Source: Camelus ferus
Lineage: Eukaryota
DNA length: 64,000 bases
Assembly: GCF_009834535.1 (NCBI RefSeq)
Contig: NC_045696.1
Coordinates: 26,662,001-26,726,000, forward strand
Reading direction: 5' to 3'
A program made the translations under genes and the position numbers. Positions 37,458 to 50,531 of this stretch are shown here, piece after piece; within the stretch, counting starts at the first letter, position 1, and every line of letters starts with the position of its first letter. The notes under the pieces were generated by a model, which was not told the origin of the DNA, made no database searches, and worked only from the letters and a program-made list of their open reading frames with translations.

Positions 37458-38419
37458 CTAGAAAACCCACAATCTTTCACTAACCCTGCTGCTGCATCAT
37501 TAGAAGTAGAGGAATCAGAAACCTGGGGGTGTCTGCCGACCCAGTAAGCAATATATTTTAACTAAGGGCTAGAATACATAAGCTATTGGACTAAATCTTA
37601 CTTCTGCTCATTTCTGAGCTACTTATAAATGTAATGAATGGAGATGTAATTGTTCAGTGTCTTGGTTTATCTATAATCTATGAAAAGCTTTTGTTACCTG
37701 CAATCCTAAAGCAGAAAATTACTTTCACTAATGAGGTCCATTTTTCTTGATTAAGATAGGTAATTAGATAGATAAATAGATACAGATAGAAAAATAAAAT
37801 AAAGCATGGAAGCATATAAGAAAGTTAGGGAACAAAACTTGGGAGTGTATCAATGAGGAATACAAAGTGCTGAACAAGGATCTGAAAACAGGACCCTAAT
37901 GATAACCTGATCCTTTTCTAATTTTTTTCTTAGGGTGATTGGTATGATTATCTTTCTGTTTCTTTCTTTCTTTTGTTAACCTTCATCCTTTACCATTCTC
38001 TTTACTAAATAAATCAATGGCAATGTACCAACTTTAATTTCTATTTTGGAACAAGACTGAGTGTAAAATCATCCATTCTTATGGCAATACTTGAGTTTTA
38101 ATTTGCTGACTTTTTAATGGATTATATTACAATTTTCAGTAAGGGAGTACTTTATTGAACAATCATTTGTTGCAGGCCTATCAGACATCGGGACCTGAAA
38201 TTGCTAGATCCTGAAATTATAGGAATGAATGGGACATACACTACTCAGAAGTTTTTTGTCTGGAGTATGTGGGCTAGATGTAAAAGTATTAGCAGGTAAG
38301 TTACAGTGCAATATAGCATTACTGCAAGTAAACAAATCCTGTGATTATTATGGGGACAAAAAAAAAAAAAACATTGCTTAGAGAGGTTGCAATATATACA
38401 TGATACTGTCTGGAGTTAA

Positions 38420-38795
38420 CAATCATTTTTTAGAAACTGCCACTCCCACTTCCCTAGGAGTTACAAAGTTCTTAAAATGGTATACCTAACAGAGTTGATT
38501 AGACCAAAGGGAGTGCTTGATCTAAACTAGACCAAGGACAGTACCCAATACCCTGACCATATATGGTTATTTCAGAGGTAGGCAACCAATCCAAGCGAGG
38601 TTGTCCTACAGAGGGAAGGAAAGCCAAGAAATGGTCTTGGAGACAACTGATTTTCACCGTTTCTGTGTTATAGCAGCATCCATGTCTCCCAATAATCTTT
38701 TCTCAGTGTTTCTTTGGATTTCATGGAGTAGTACCCACACTTTGTGTTTAAGCTTGTTCAATTTGAGTTTTAACCAAATGCATCCTGACAAATAG
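38420..38795 (+). mobile_element. LTR16-like ERVL LTR
   Basis: gtttaagcttgttcaatttgagtttt...aaatgcatcctgacaaata end; ccctgaccat...ttcagaggtaggca. Confidence 0.55.
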
Positions 38796-38829
38796 ACTTC
38801 GGGGAAAAAAAAATAGGAATTGAGAAAGG

Positions 38830-39519
38830 TATGGTGGACAGACTCCAAGGTGATCCCCCCCCCCCCACAATGATTTCTGGCCTCTTTGCTGTTCACACCT
38901 GTGTGTAATTTCCTACACATGAGTTGGGCAAAACCTATGACTAGCTTCTAACTATATATGATGGAATATGACTCCTTTCATTTGGTTACTTTATATGACA
39001 AAGGAGAAGACACTTTGCAGATGTATTTAAAGTCCAAAATCAGTAGGGTTTTGAGTAATTCTAAAGGGAGAATACCAGCTGGGTGGGGCTGACTTCATCA
39101 GGCAGAGGACTTTACAGGAGGATCAGAGACTGCATTGCTAGTTTTGAAGAAGTAAGCTGCTATGTTGAGAGAGGATCTATATAAAGGGCCACATGGCAAA
39201 AACAGTGGGCAGCAACTGGGAACTAAGAACAGACCCAGCTGATAGGCAGCAAGAGAGCAGGGACTTCCATAGCACATCTAGAAAGACAACCTATGCCAAA
39301 CCCTGAAGGAGTGTGGAGATGGACTGTTTACTGGACAAGCCTCCAGTGAGATGTAAGTCTCAGCCCACATCTGATTGCATCTTTGTGAGACTGAGCATAG
39401 GACACAGCTAAGTTGTAATGAGATTTCTTATCTGAAGAACCTATGAGATGATAAATGTGTCCTGTGTGAAGATGTGAAATTTATGGCAATTTGTTACACA
39501 GTAGTAGAAATCTAATATG
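38830..39519 (+). mobile_element. MLT1E/F-like MaLR solo LTR
   Basis: tatggtggacagactccaaggtgatcccc...aatttatggcaatttgttacacagtagtagaaatctaatatg; flanks aaagg/aaaga. Confidence 0.85.
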
Positions 39520-39834
39520 AAAGAATTTACCTCACGCTCCATTTGGAAGGATAAGTTGTAGTTGCTCATACAACGAAAAGAGGTGAGTAAATATTATGTG
39601 AAGGCACAAAATGAGTATGTTGAGAATGGGCACGCCATATTTGCAGAATGGAGGAAATTTCATTTTGGTCAGAGTTTAGGATGTTGACCAGCTTTTTAAA
39701 AGAAATACTATTTTTAATTTTTTCCTACACCCTCTTGTCTATTTCCTAAATTTATTAGACAAAAATGATATCCAAATCTTTATTTATAATTTTGAAACTG
39801 AGACCTAGAAAAGATAACCAACTTTCTCAAAGGT

Positions 39835-40452
39835 AGAGTAGGGTCTTGTGGTATCTGAGGCTTATATGAGGAGAGATTTCTTTAAGAGAAGAAAAATAAA
39901 GTTATGAATACAACATTAAGTACCTATGAAGAATGGGAAAAAATTTGGGAAATTGGAAATTTTAAATACTGCGAATATTGGGAAAGTCAGAGAAGTAAAA
40001 TAATGTTATGTAGTTAATTGGCTGACACACTGGCAGCTCTGTGCCACCATCTCAGATGTGTCAACACAGTGGTAGGAACGGTTTTTCTGAAAGTCATTCC
40101 ATCCTGGGCTACCTACCTCACTATTTACAAAAATGACTGCAAATCCCATAAATATATCCCATATTACCCAAACTCATTCTGTCCTCAACTCAACTGCCTC
40201 TTGCCAGATCCAAAACTGTTTTAATATGACCAGGACACCACCTAGTAAGAGGGAAAGTCTAATATAAGGAAATGTAGAGTGGAAAGAAACTGTATCATTA
40301 GTCATTTATCATTAAAGTATCTATTGCAAATCTTACAAAAGCATACAATCATATGACCACATCAGTAAGGTGTCTTGCAGTAACATGAAAGAAGCCTATG
40401 CAAGTGATGGGTGTGGACACTTGACTGTAATTAGTTTCACAGTAATCTGCCT
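39835..40452. mobile_element. hAT-type (Tip100/Arthur-like) non-autonomous DNA transposon inserted in a MIR
   Basis: Ends resemble ...gtggtatctgaggcttata and cctatgcaagtgatggg...tagtttcacagtaatctgcct; MIR halves at ~39775-39832 and ~40455-40530. Confidence 0.55.
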
Positions 40453-43400
40453 AGGACTTGTCCACAGTCACACCATTAGTGTGGCAGGACCTGGACTAAA
40501 ACCACATCTTCTTGATACACAATCTCATTTGCACACAAATGTCATACAGTGAAAAGGCTAGTGGTACAGGCATATGTGCTTGTGTGTGAGTTTCCAGCTA
40601 TGTAATGAATCTTTTGACAGAGCCAGTTTAATGTTTTTTAATCCTAAAAAAATGTGGCAGTTAGCTAAAGTGTGCAAAGGTAGTTTATATTCATTAGAAA
40701 AAGTACTTAATGGGTTATGAATAAAAAAGCTGTAACTGGGTATTACATTAGGATTACATTAAGAAAGAAGGTTGGAATTTTTTTTTTTTTTTTGTAAATT
40801 AATTTGGCAAGGATATGTTCCTTGGGAAACTGGGCATGTTTTGGAATAGGGCTGAGGCTATGAATCATAGTTTGTTGACAAAATATCCAAAATGTGGAAT
40901 CAACTCGTTAACAGAGTCATGTACAGACAAGTATAGATGTTCCTTTTCTATCTCCCCTCTTCCAAAACCTTTCACTCCTGCTGCCTCAAATAAAAGAATA
41001 TCTCATTACTGACAGTAGGTTATGTGGCAATGATGAGAATCCATGAAAAGAGGCCAGGGAAAAACCACAGGAAGTAGGTTGGATCTTGAAATAGGGGTAA
41101 GAATAGGAAACCAGGGAGGAGATAAACCCTTTGGCCACATGCAATGGCCTGGAAAGGCTAAAGCAGAATCTTCAGTGTTCTGGGGAACAGGAATGGAAAG
41201 ATAAGGATTAATCTGAATAATCCTCTAACACAAAAGCTCCCACCTAAAATCATATGCGTGAACAATACAAAGCTCTTTTCCTGGACTAGGTGGGGAGAAT
41301 TACAGAAATGGACACTGATGAACTTACTTGCTCAGAATACGTTACAGTATCTGTGAAAGAATATAGGCTGTCAAAGAGTATCACTAAACTTTAGAGATGT
41401 TATTATAATTAGAGACATGATTTTATACCATTTCTGGGAATTTGAATATTGTTAAATCAGTCTCATTCAGAGTTTTTACAATGTTAAATTGACATTGGAA
41501 AAACACCCAAGTAACAGCGGGAGGGTGACTTGGACGACTGAGTTTTATCAAGGATGAAAATTCTGTATTTTCAAGGATAATCAGATCCTATTGGTTGTTG
41601 TAATTTTCTATTTATTCTTTCTTGACAATATTCAGAGTATTTTTTTGTTATACTGCTACAAACATACAATCAATTCTTGATGTATCCAAAAAGCTTTGAT
41701 TAAATGTTTGATGTTAAAAGATATTTCCCATGTCTTACAGTGTTACTTTTTCTTCCTGTCACCTGCACATAGATAGTTTTTCAGTCAAAAAGTATGAAGT
41801 ATTCTAATTTAAATAAATTATATTAGTGATTGGTTAAGACTCCCATACTTGAAAAAACAGGTTAATCTGTAGATTTTATTTTATCTTTTAAAATTTCTTT
41901 CACTCAACAAAGTAGATTATGTAGATTAATTTCCACAGGAATTTTAATGTCATTTCTATTACTAATTTCTAGAGTGCTAATTTTAAAATGATGTACAATG
42001 GAATTGCTTTATTTAATCAATTAACGTAATTTATAGTTAAGTAAATTAACTATAATAAAGAGGATTTTTTTTCTTCTAGTATTTCATATCAATAAGTTAA
42101 ATCATAATTGGATTTTTGTTACTTACTTCCTGGTAGTTTTAAAACAAAAGGAAAAGAGAAGTAAAATTAAGCTCAACCCATAGGCAAGAGGCAGTTCATT
42201 GTAGGGGAAGGACCACTGGTTTGTGTGTTAGTCAGACCTGCATGCTGTGTTGACAGGCAAGAGGGTTTGGGAATGGCCTCTGCATTTTCTTCTTTGCTTT
42301 TAGTGCAGTTTGACCTATTGATACTTAAATGACTAGATTATTTACTTTCAGGGCTGCTTAGTATGTAAAAGAGAGGTGATAAGGGCATGGATCTGTAACA
42401 GTGCCAAAAGCAGGCATGCGTTTAAAAGTTTCAGCCCTGAGTGTTGGATTCTTGAACAGAGGCGAAAGTATGCAAGTGTTTAGTTGCCTGCAACAAAGCC
42501 AGGTCAGATGATACTCCAGCAAACACAAGTGAGTGAGAAAATTTCAAAGTTGCCACACTTGTATTGCTGGCATGGACACCTAGTCAGTCATGTCCTAGAG
42601 AAAGAAATAAAGATGATCTGATCTGAAACAAAATCTGGCCAAAATAATAAAAATGAACAACAGTTTGCACAAATGGAAACATCCACTTCTCCTTGACCAG
42701 CTGTTCTCTCCTAAACCTCTAGAGCTACAGAAAGATATGATCACAAAGATTGTCCCTAATTCTCCTTAATGAAGATGACCCTTACTACAAGCACGTAAGT
42801 GCTGGGGGCAAAAAAGCAGAAATGAAAAGAAAATAGTTCTGTTATGTTTCCAGTGTAGTTTGAGTTTAGGATCATGACAAAATGGCTAAAGTTACATGAG
42901 CTATTGGTTGTGATGGATGCAAAAGTAGGAGTAGATTTATGAAATGAGAGATAAAGGAAGTTGTGGATTGCTGGTTAATAGATTAACTGTTAAGAGTCAG
43001 GAAAATATCTGTATAAAGATCATCTTTGGCATCTATGTATAACTCTAAGTTTACAAGACATTTTGATGTTAGGGAAATGAAGTCCTAGGAAACTGTCCAA
43101 GGACAGGTTGAGACCCAAAAGGATGAAATAACTTAGAAATCTCAGTGACGAAACTATAAAAAAGTGCAGATCAGTGATTTGGGAAGGTAGGATGTCAATT
43201 AAGATTCCAGTTTCGGAACACTCAGAGCTATGGACTACATTCAGACACTAGATGGTATACTGGAAGAGTTTAACATTGGAGTTCAGGTATGGGTAGCTTC
43301 TTATTCACTGATTTTATCATTAAAGAGCTTTGGTTTATTTAGGGATTAAATTGTATGTTCATAATTTATCTTCTTGCCTCCAAGTTGAAAAATTAAAAGA

Positions 43401-43894
43401 ATTTTGTCTTATCCCATGTTCTTTTCCAGCCCCAATAAATTGATGTGTCTGATTTAACAGACTATCATGGAAGAATCCCAGCTGGTATTTAAAGCTGTAT
43501 TAGTCTCCATGCTTCTTGTAAGTTTCTGTTATTTGAACAAATACATCATTTCTCTCTTGTGTTATCAATCCCACACAATTCTTTTAAAATTTTGAGATTT
43601 TAAGTAAGGCTACATGATTATTGTTTTGAGATTTGAATTAAAGCTAAACTTTTTTTTGCAATTATGTTTTTGTTTTCATTATGTAAAAACGTGTCAGTTT
43701 TGCTGAATAGAAGTGGTTTGTAAAGCTTGCATCCTCTAGTTTTCTATTTTTATTCCTGCTTCCTGCCTCTAATTTCTCTGATTTATAAAAGCAATGATTA
43801 TAAAAACCAGAAGAGAATAATTCTAAGTCTCAAAAAACTGTCCACTCTCCCCCAAATATCCTAGTAAGTCTGAACCATTTTACAATTCACTTTA

Positions 43895-44020
43895 CATCAA
43901 TATGTTTCCCCGATTCTAAAATCACTTGGGACATTTGTGCAAAATAAAGATTTCCAAGCCCACCACAGATCAATTCCCTATGTAATTCTCTGGATGAGCC
44001 AAATTTGGGAAGCACTACTT
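43895..44020. mobile_element. MER5-like hAT-Charlie MITE
   Basis: aaaatcacttgggacatttgtgcaaaataaagatttccaagccc...gccaaatttgggaagcact. Confidence 0.65.
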
Positions 44021-45019
44021 CATACATCATTGTCTTACCCTGTACACAGAGACAAAATAAATTAGGAGGATAACTTTTACATATGCAGACAGTCTTTGCA
44101 GAATCTATTTCATCAATAGTGGCATTTGTGGACTTAATTTATCTAGAAAATTTACTCCAGTGATAGACCTTATTGAGAATGAGTTTCAGTGGAATCTATG
44201 ATATTACTCTATTATCCGCTGGGAACACTTTAATTTAAAATCTTTAGCAACTAGAAGTCTCCAATATGGTGAGTGATTACAGCTGTGAATTATAGTTGCA
44301 TCAGCTCAGTATTGAGACAAGAATTGCATGACAATATACAGATAAACTTTTGACAACTTTCATTTAAAGAGATTAATTAGAAACTGGTGCTGAAAAATGC
44401 CCTGGTATCTTTTGGCTCGAGTTAGATTAAGAGGTTTAGACATGATATATGTATTTTTTTTAACCCAAGAGGTTTAAGATGAAAGAATAAGACATGGTAT
44501 CCCTGTTTATGTGTATATCTCGATGTTTCAGAGGAAAGTGTTTCTTCTGAATTAAAAGAATATATTAAAGGCTGTCTCTTGAGTTGGATTCAGGTTATAT
44601 CATCACTTCTTGTATACCCACCTTCCCTCCCCAGATAATCTTAAGGCAATACATATTTGAAATGCCCAAGATTTTTTGAGCTGGATCAGAATTTACGCAA
44701 ATTGCTGACATTGATAAGCTCCCCAAAGCCCATATTCCTACCACTGGTGTTTTCTTCTTTCTCTAGCACTCCTTACTGCAAACCCACCCCAAACCCCAAC
44801 AACTTGAACTTAAATATTTACCAATGCACAAACAAGCAGTGGCATCTCTCAAACATGTCTTTATAACAACTGCTCTAGTGGCCAGGACCACACTGGTGGC
44901 ACCTGGGGACACTTTCTTCTCATCTAAACCAAAGCAGTGAGCACTAGGGCCGATAAAGACTTAATGGAGGGCAGTGTAGCAGGAAGTCAAATGAGTGGAA
45001 ACTAAGACTCCCATAATTT

Positions 45020-45107
45020 GTTTTGTTTTGGTTTGGTTTGGTTTTTTTGAAGCAATTCTTTTTTCTTTTTGTTGAAGTAAGGTCAGTTTACAATGTTGTG
45101 TTGATTT
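45020..45107 (-). mobile_element. Extremely 5'-truncated L1 (about 40 nt of body + tail)
   Basis: gttgaagtaaggtcagtttacaatgttgtgttgattt; 18-bp TSD ctaagactccca[t/c]aattt 45002-45019 / 45108-45125. Confidence 0.9.
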
Positions 45108-45179
45108 CTAAGACTCCCACAATTTAGATATTATCCATCAATCAACATAGAGTTTTAGAACTTGATTTTATTTTTTTTA

Positions 45180-45420
45180 AGTAGTGCTTACTATTGGAGG
45201 ACACTCTTTGAAGTAGTTAACAAATAATAACATTTAATTCTAAGAACAAGCTCATGCAGAAGGTAACATTACTACCATCCTTACTTTACAAATAAGGCAG
45301 AGAGAATTCAGAAAGTTGCCCAGAGTAACAGAGCAACCATGTGAGAGGGCCAGGATTTGAACACAGGGAAAACAGCCCCAGGTCTGAGCTTTGACAACTA
45401 CAAATGCTGCCTCTCATGAG
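45180..45420 (-). mobile_element. MIR SINE, near full length
   Basis: agtgcttacta...ccatccttactttacaaataagg...gttgcccagagtaaca...gggccaggatttgaacacagg. Confidence 0.8.
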
Positions 45421-48400
45421 ATTATTCAGTATCACACAAAGGTAATGGAACAGCTCTGACACCTATACATAAAGGTGACACTCCACTGGGGCTGGGTGTC
45501 CTTCTGTAACCTCAACGCATCCTCAGGATATTAGGTTACTAGGTATAACCTGATGCCCAGCCTCATCCATCCTTTCTAGACAGCAAGATCGCCACACACA
45601 GACTGCTTGTCATGTTGTAAAGATCCTCCTTCCTCTCATGATCTTTCTGCACAAACTTTTTTGAGAAAAATCACATGCTGGAAGAAAAGACTTCAAATCA
45701 CAAATCAACCAGCTAACCTTTAAGGAAACTGTCATGGGGACTTTATGGCTGTTTATAGCACACTGAAAAATGACTCGTGATCAATCTTGTTGGGTTTTGA
45801 AAGAAAATTAAGCAGGGGCTTACCAACAGTCAATCTAGTTCCAACTGGAAGAGGCTACGTGCTGCTACTCCTCCTGTCATTCTTATAGATTTAAGTTGAC
45901 TTGCCACACCCTCGAGAATATGGTTTCTTTCCATTTTACAGTTGTGACTCTGGGAAACAGATTAAAAGTACAGATCCTTTCTCCGGAAAGATGCATAATA
46001 GAGAGAGAGAGCAAAAGTTGTTGCAAAACTTAGAGACACCACCCCCACTTCTCACCATGTCTGGTGATGGAACCCTTGAGGGCTATGAACTTGGAGTTAA
46101 GCATCTTCACTCTAGAGGAATTGGGGAATATCCTTTTAAGTTGTGACTGCAATTGAATCATTCTTTTTTGATAAATTTAACTTCTCTTGTACAGTGATCA
46201 TTGATCACTGGTGACTCTAGGGATAAACTCTCAATATAGTTGTCTTTGTGCTTTTTTGGGGGAAGTTAACTTTATTTTTTTTTCTATATATATTTATTGT
46301 GTCTTTACTCATGATCTATATAAAATGACAGAATACTATACACAGACAGAAAATTATTTAAGATTGGGTGTAAAATGGCAAAACAGTTAAATCTTTAAGT
46401 TGTGGTACTTAAAGAGTATAATTATGTTTTAAAAAATAGTTGTCAGGGGAGCATATAGGCTTGCCTAACTGGGGCGTCAGTTTTCACTGCCAACTCAAAA
46501 TGAAAGGCCCTTTTTTCTTTGGAAAGATTAGAATATGAAATATGTGGTCAATTACTAAATGTGGAGAAAATTGGAAACAATTTGGAAATTGGACAGAGAG
46601 CTCAGATTAAACCATTCCTTCAATTAAAAAATGTATTTATTAAGCACTTAAGCTATGTACAAACAAGAGCTTCAGTACAAAAAGAAGAGTAGCTATTAGG
46701 TTGGATAACTTGCTCTTGTTATGTATTTTCATAACAATGTACTTGGTTTATCACAATATTTATTAACCTTTATTGGTTTTATTGTTTAATTGTCTGACTT
46801 TCCTATTAAACCGTAAGTTTCAAGGAGATAAGGATCACATATATCATTGTAATGTAAGCATGATCCCAGTTATAATTCTTATTAGGGGATATATACTTTT
46901 ATTAGTGATAATAAAAAAAATTCTAAGTATGTGCCAAGCACTGTATTAAGTATATTCTTATTTATATCTCCTTTCATTGCAATAGGCATGACAATGTTTT
47001 GGTAATTTGAAGTAATTTCCACATAGAGGATCTAAGTATTAATACATTTTTTGATTAAATATATTAATGCATATTTAAAAATTTATAAAAACTTTACTTA
47101 GTAATGCTATAGTAATTTAAATAAACTTAAAGCAATTTTCTGCAATTAGTAATAGGGATACATATATGGACACTATAGAATGAAACAAACATGAAACATA
47201 CATTAAGTCAAGTAGAATGCAAGAAAAGAAATCCAGATCTGATTAATCTAAGGCAGAGATTATTCCCTTGGTCATATCTTGCTAAATAGCATCACCATTT
47301 TATTGGTGAGGAGAAATTGAAAGATTAATCAAATCCCCAGATAACTATCATTTATATAGTTTAGATGAATAATTTTTTGCTTTGGTTAACTCTACCATAA
47401 ATTATACCCATTTCTCAACCTAAATGTAGGTATATTTGTCCATAACCAGTCTCCCAGTTGACTTCATGAAATCTCAAGTTAAGAAATGCTCTGCGTATAA
47501 TTACAAATGGATATTGAAATGGGATAGACTCTTCTTAATTTTTGCATTCAGTTTCTGGGCCCCAAATTAATACAGGTGAGTAACACTTCCAAGAAGGTTG
47601 TCTTAGGTATGCTTATTTCAGCTTTTCTGTACCTTATAATTCAAGACCTAGATGATGCATAGAATGTCCTTGTATCCAGAAAAAGCCAACAAACAGCTTT
47701 CAGTTGTTTCAGTCATCATGGAAATTCACATCTGCTAACTTGCTTTATTTCCTCTTTTCACATCAGAAGCTACTGGGAGACATAACTTGCTCAGACAATT
47801 ATCTTTTGCTTGCAGACCTACCAATTCTTTTACTTTGGACTTTAAAGTCTAAATACAAGATAAATCTGATTAAGTATCCTCCAAATAATTCTTTTAATTA
47901 ATATGAAATGTGAATGTCATGGTGAGACCTTTCCACCTTTATCACTCAGTTCTAACTCAGACTAAACTCTTGTGATACAACAATGACATTCTGTTCAGTT
48001 GCTCCACCTCCCCTGCCTCTACTCCTTTGACTACTTTTTTGTCTTTGGAAAAGCTGAGTATGTGATGGAGTACAGCATTCTCTCCAATCACTGAGAACAA
48101 GGCATCACAGTTCCAAATCCCCTCCATGATGTTGAGCTAGGGAAGAGAAAAGAGACAGCCATCCATATTACAAAGACAAAATTGACTTCTGAGATCAATA
48201 GAAATGATAATTGAGCTGTGGATATTTATCCCTCTTAAAGCCTTCCATTTCTCAAATATTTAAATGATGACTTTGCAGTACGACTTTCACTTCATCAGCA
48301 TCTCCGCGGAAATTGGAAATTACGGTATGTGATACAATTAAAATGTATATCCACAACCACTCAGAATAATCATGGCTAATTAGAAATTATGAATCATTAG

Positions 48401-49350
48401 AATGACATGGTTTTCTGTCAGTATGTGTGCACAGCACATTCATGTCTTCTAACTTCCCAATCCAATCTTGGTAAATCTAAGGAGGTACATTTGTTTCAAT
48501 ATTTCTATTAAGCCCCTCCATTAAGTAAATTACCATTACAGCCAAAGTTTAAAGGTTATCTGAGCTAGCAAACTACTCAACATAGCTAACACATATAATT
48601 AGCTGTGGTGAGATTCCACATTAAACTTTTCCACTGCTATTTAGTGAATACGAATCATTTATGCCAGCTTCTCAAGATTGCTACAGTCTTCCTAATGGAA
48701 TTCAGAATATCTTTATCAAAATAAAATCCTAATTTCTATTTTCTTCCTGTATCCATCGTTAATTTTCAGATTGACTAAAAAGAAAAACAACTAAATGCTT
48801 CAATATTTCTAAAACAATGTCTGGGATGTTCTATGAGGAGAGTGGAAATATAAGAAAATAAAAGGAAAGGAAAACAAGTAGAGCTGAATTAAAACTATGA
48901 TTTTTTTTTGAAAACTCAAAACAAATACTTTGGGTTTTTTTTTTTAACAAAAAGTTCATAATAAATTTAAAGGAAAAAATGCCTCCCTAAAAATTATTTC
49001 TGTTCAAACAGGCTAGAGTCAAGCAACAGTCTCAGCTGACACTCTGAATTCATAATCCAAACAAAAGCTTCAGACACCTCTTTCCGTGAAAGGTGATAAA
49101 CAAGCTCCAAGGTCTAAGTAGATGATGATTCCAAAAATCTCTAGAGTAGAAAGAACTTGGTGTAAGAATGAAGTGTTAAGAAACTAGTGGATCATGAGAC
49201 AGGACTGAATGCAAGAGATGTCTGGTGGTAATTCACACTTACATGTGTTATGTTTCTAATTATTAAATGTATCTTTAGATACAGACAAAAACCCACTGCT
49301 AGTGCATAAATCTTCCCCAGCTGAAGCAGAATTGATGCTGCCATCCTTGA

Positions 49351-49953
49351 TGTGCTGGTTATTAAGCTGTTGTCTGTCAGATTCAAGTCCACCCTTCCAG
49401 GCTCTTCTGTGTGATGCTGAGGCTGCAACTCCATAAACCACATTTCTGCTTTGCCAACAGGAAGGGTGTTAGGCTTTGCCAATAGGGGCTACTAGAAGGA
49501 GACTGGAAGGCTGAAGGATGAAGCAAGGACTCGCCCCTCCTTGTTTTGCATTCTTTACCTTTTGTTGTCACTTCAGCAAATGTTCTTCACCCTCAGACTA
49601 GCATCTAGCACCTGTTTGCAGTTCATATTTCCACATCCCAAGAACAAACCTCATCCTGGCCCCGCACAGACGCCAGCACTAGTGGGACAGTACTCCCTTC
49701 TCAGAGATCTGGCTTCCAGCACTGCAGGTACTCACATCAAACCTTCTAGGTTCTAATAATCCCAACTTCTTTTTGGAGGGAAAGGTCCCCCAGATATAGA
49801 GGTTCTAGCTGCCTCTTGCAGTTACCACCTCTGAGATACCTCAGTGTTACCTTTGTCCTCCAAGTCTTCCAGTACTTGTTGAACTGATTTTCTATATTAA
49901 AATTCTCTGTTAAAAGAACTGGTATTATTTTCTGTCTGGACCCTGACTGATGT
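49351..49953 (+). mobile_element. LTR33-like ERVL solo LTR
   Basis: tgtgctggttattaa...ccacccttc...gtgatgctgaggctg...aaaccacatttctgctttgcca...gccaataggggct; ends accctgactgat. Confidence 0.8.
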
Positions 49954-49984
49954 GGTAAGTAAACAATTATTTTAATATTGACCT

Positions 49985-50531
49985 ATGTAGGCTTGCTCTG
50001 CATTTCATGGTTCTGGCTTGGTGTCCACCAGGGTGCACTTAAACTGCTTCTCTAGCATCCTTTCCTTTGACGACCACCCCGTCCTTAATGTTCTGGTCTT
50101 GGTGGGAGAAGTGGTGCTGTCAGAGGTAGTATCTATCCCCATGACAAGAGTGGACTTGGGATCCAGTTGACCAATCAGATCTCCCCTAGCTTTTGCTACA
50201 GAGAGTAGTTTAAGGGTAGGCATGAGATGTAGTTGGGCCAATCAGTCTTCCCTAGGACTTTTCTATTTGACTTGGTGACATTATGGTCATATGGGGTATA
50301 GAAGTTGTGGAAGCTGGTTTTCAATTTACCCTCCTGCATGGAATTTTTACCTACAGTATAAGGAAATCAGAGAAACAAATTACATGTATAAGAGAGAGAC
50401 AAGACAGAGACAGAGACACAGAGAAAGAGAAGGAACAAACTTCATCTGAACCCTGAGATCCAGAGATCAGGCCACAAGGACCTACCCAGGCATTTCTGTA
50501 ACTGGAAAACCAAAGTTGTCTAACTAATGTA
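49985..50531 (+). mobile_element. LTR16-like ERVL LTR
   Basis: gaccaatcagatctcccct...agagagtagtttaagggtaggcatgag...gggccaatcag; ends accaaagttgtctaactaatgta. Confidence 0.7.

Noticed and set aside
46192..46210. Palindrome cagtgatca-t-tgatcactg
   Set aside because: Isolated 9-bp arms with no supporting context.
49476..49497. CTCF-like site in the LTR33-like element
   Set aside because: The core is degenerate here (gccaataggggctactag) relative to CCAATAGGGGGCGCT.
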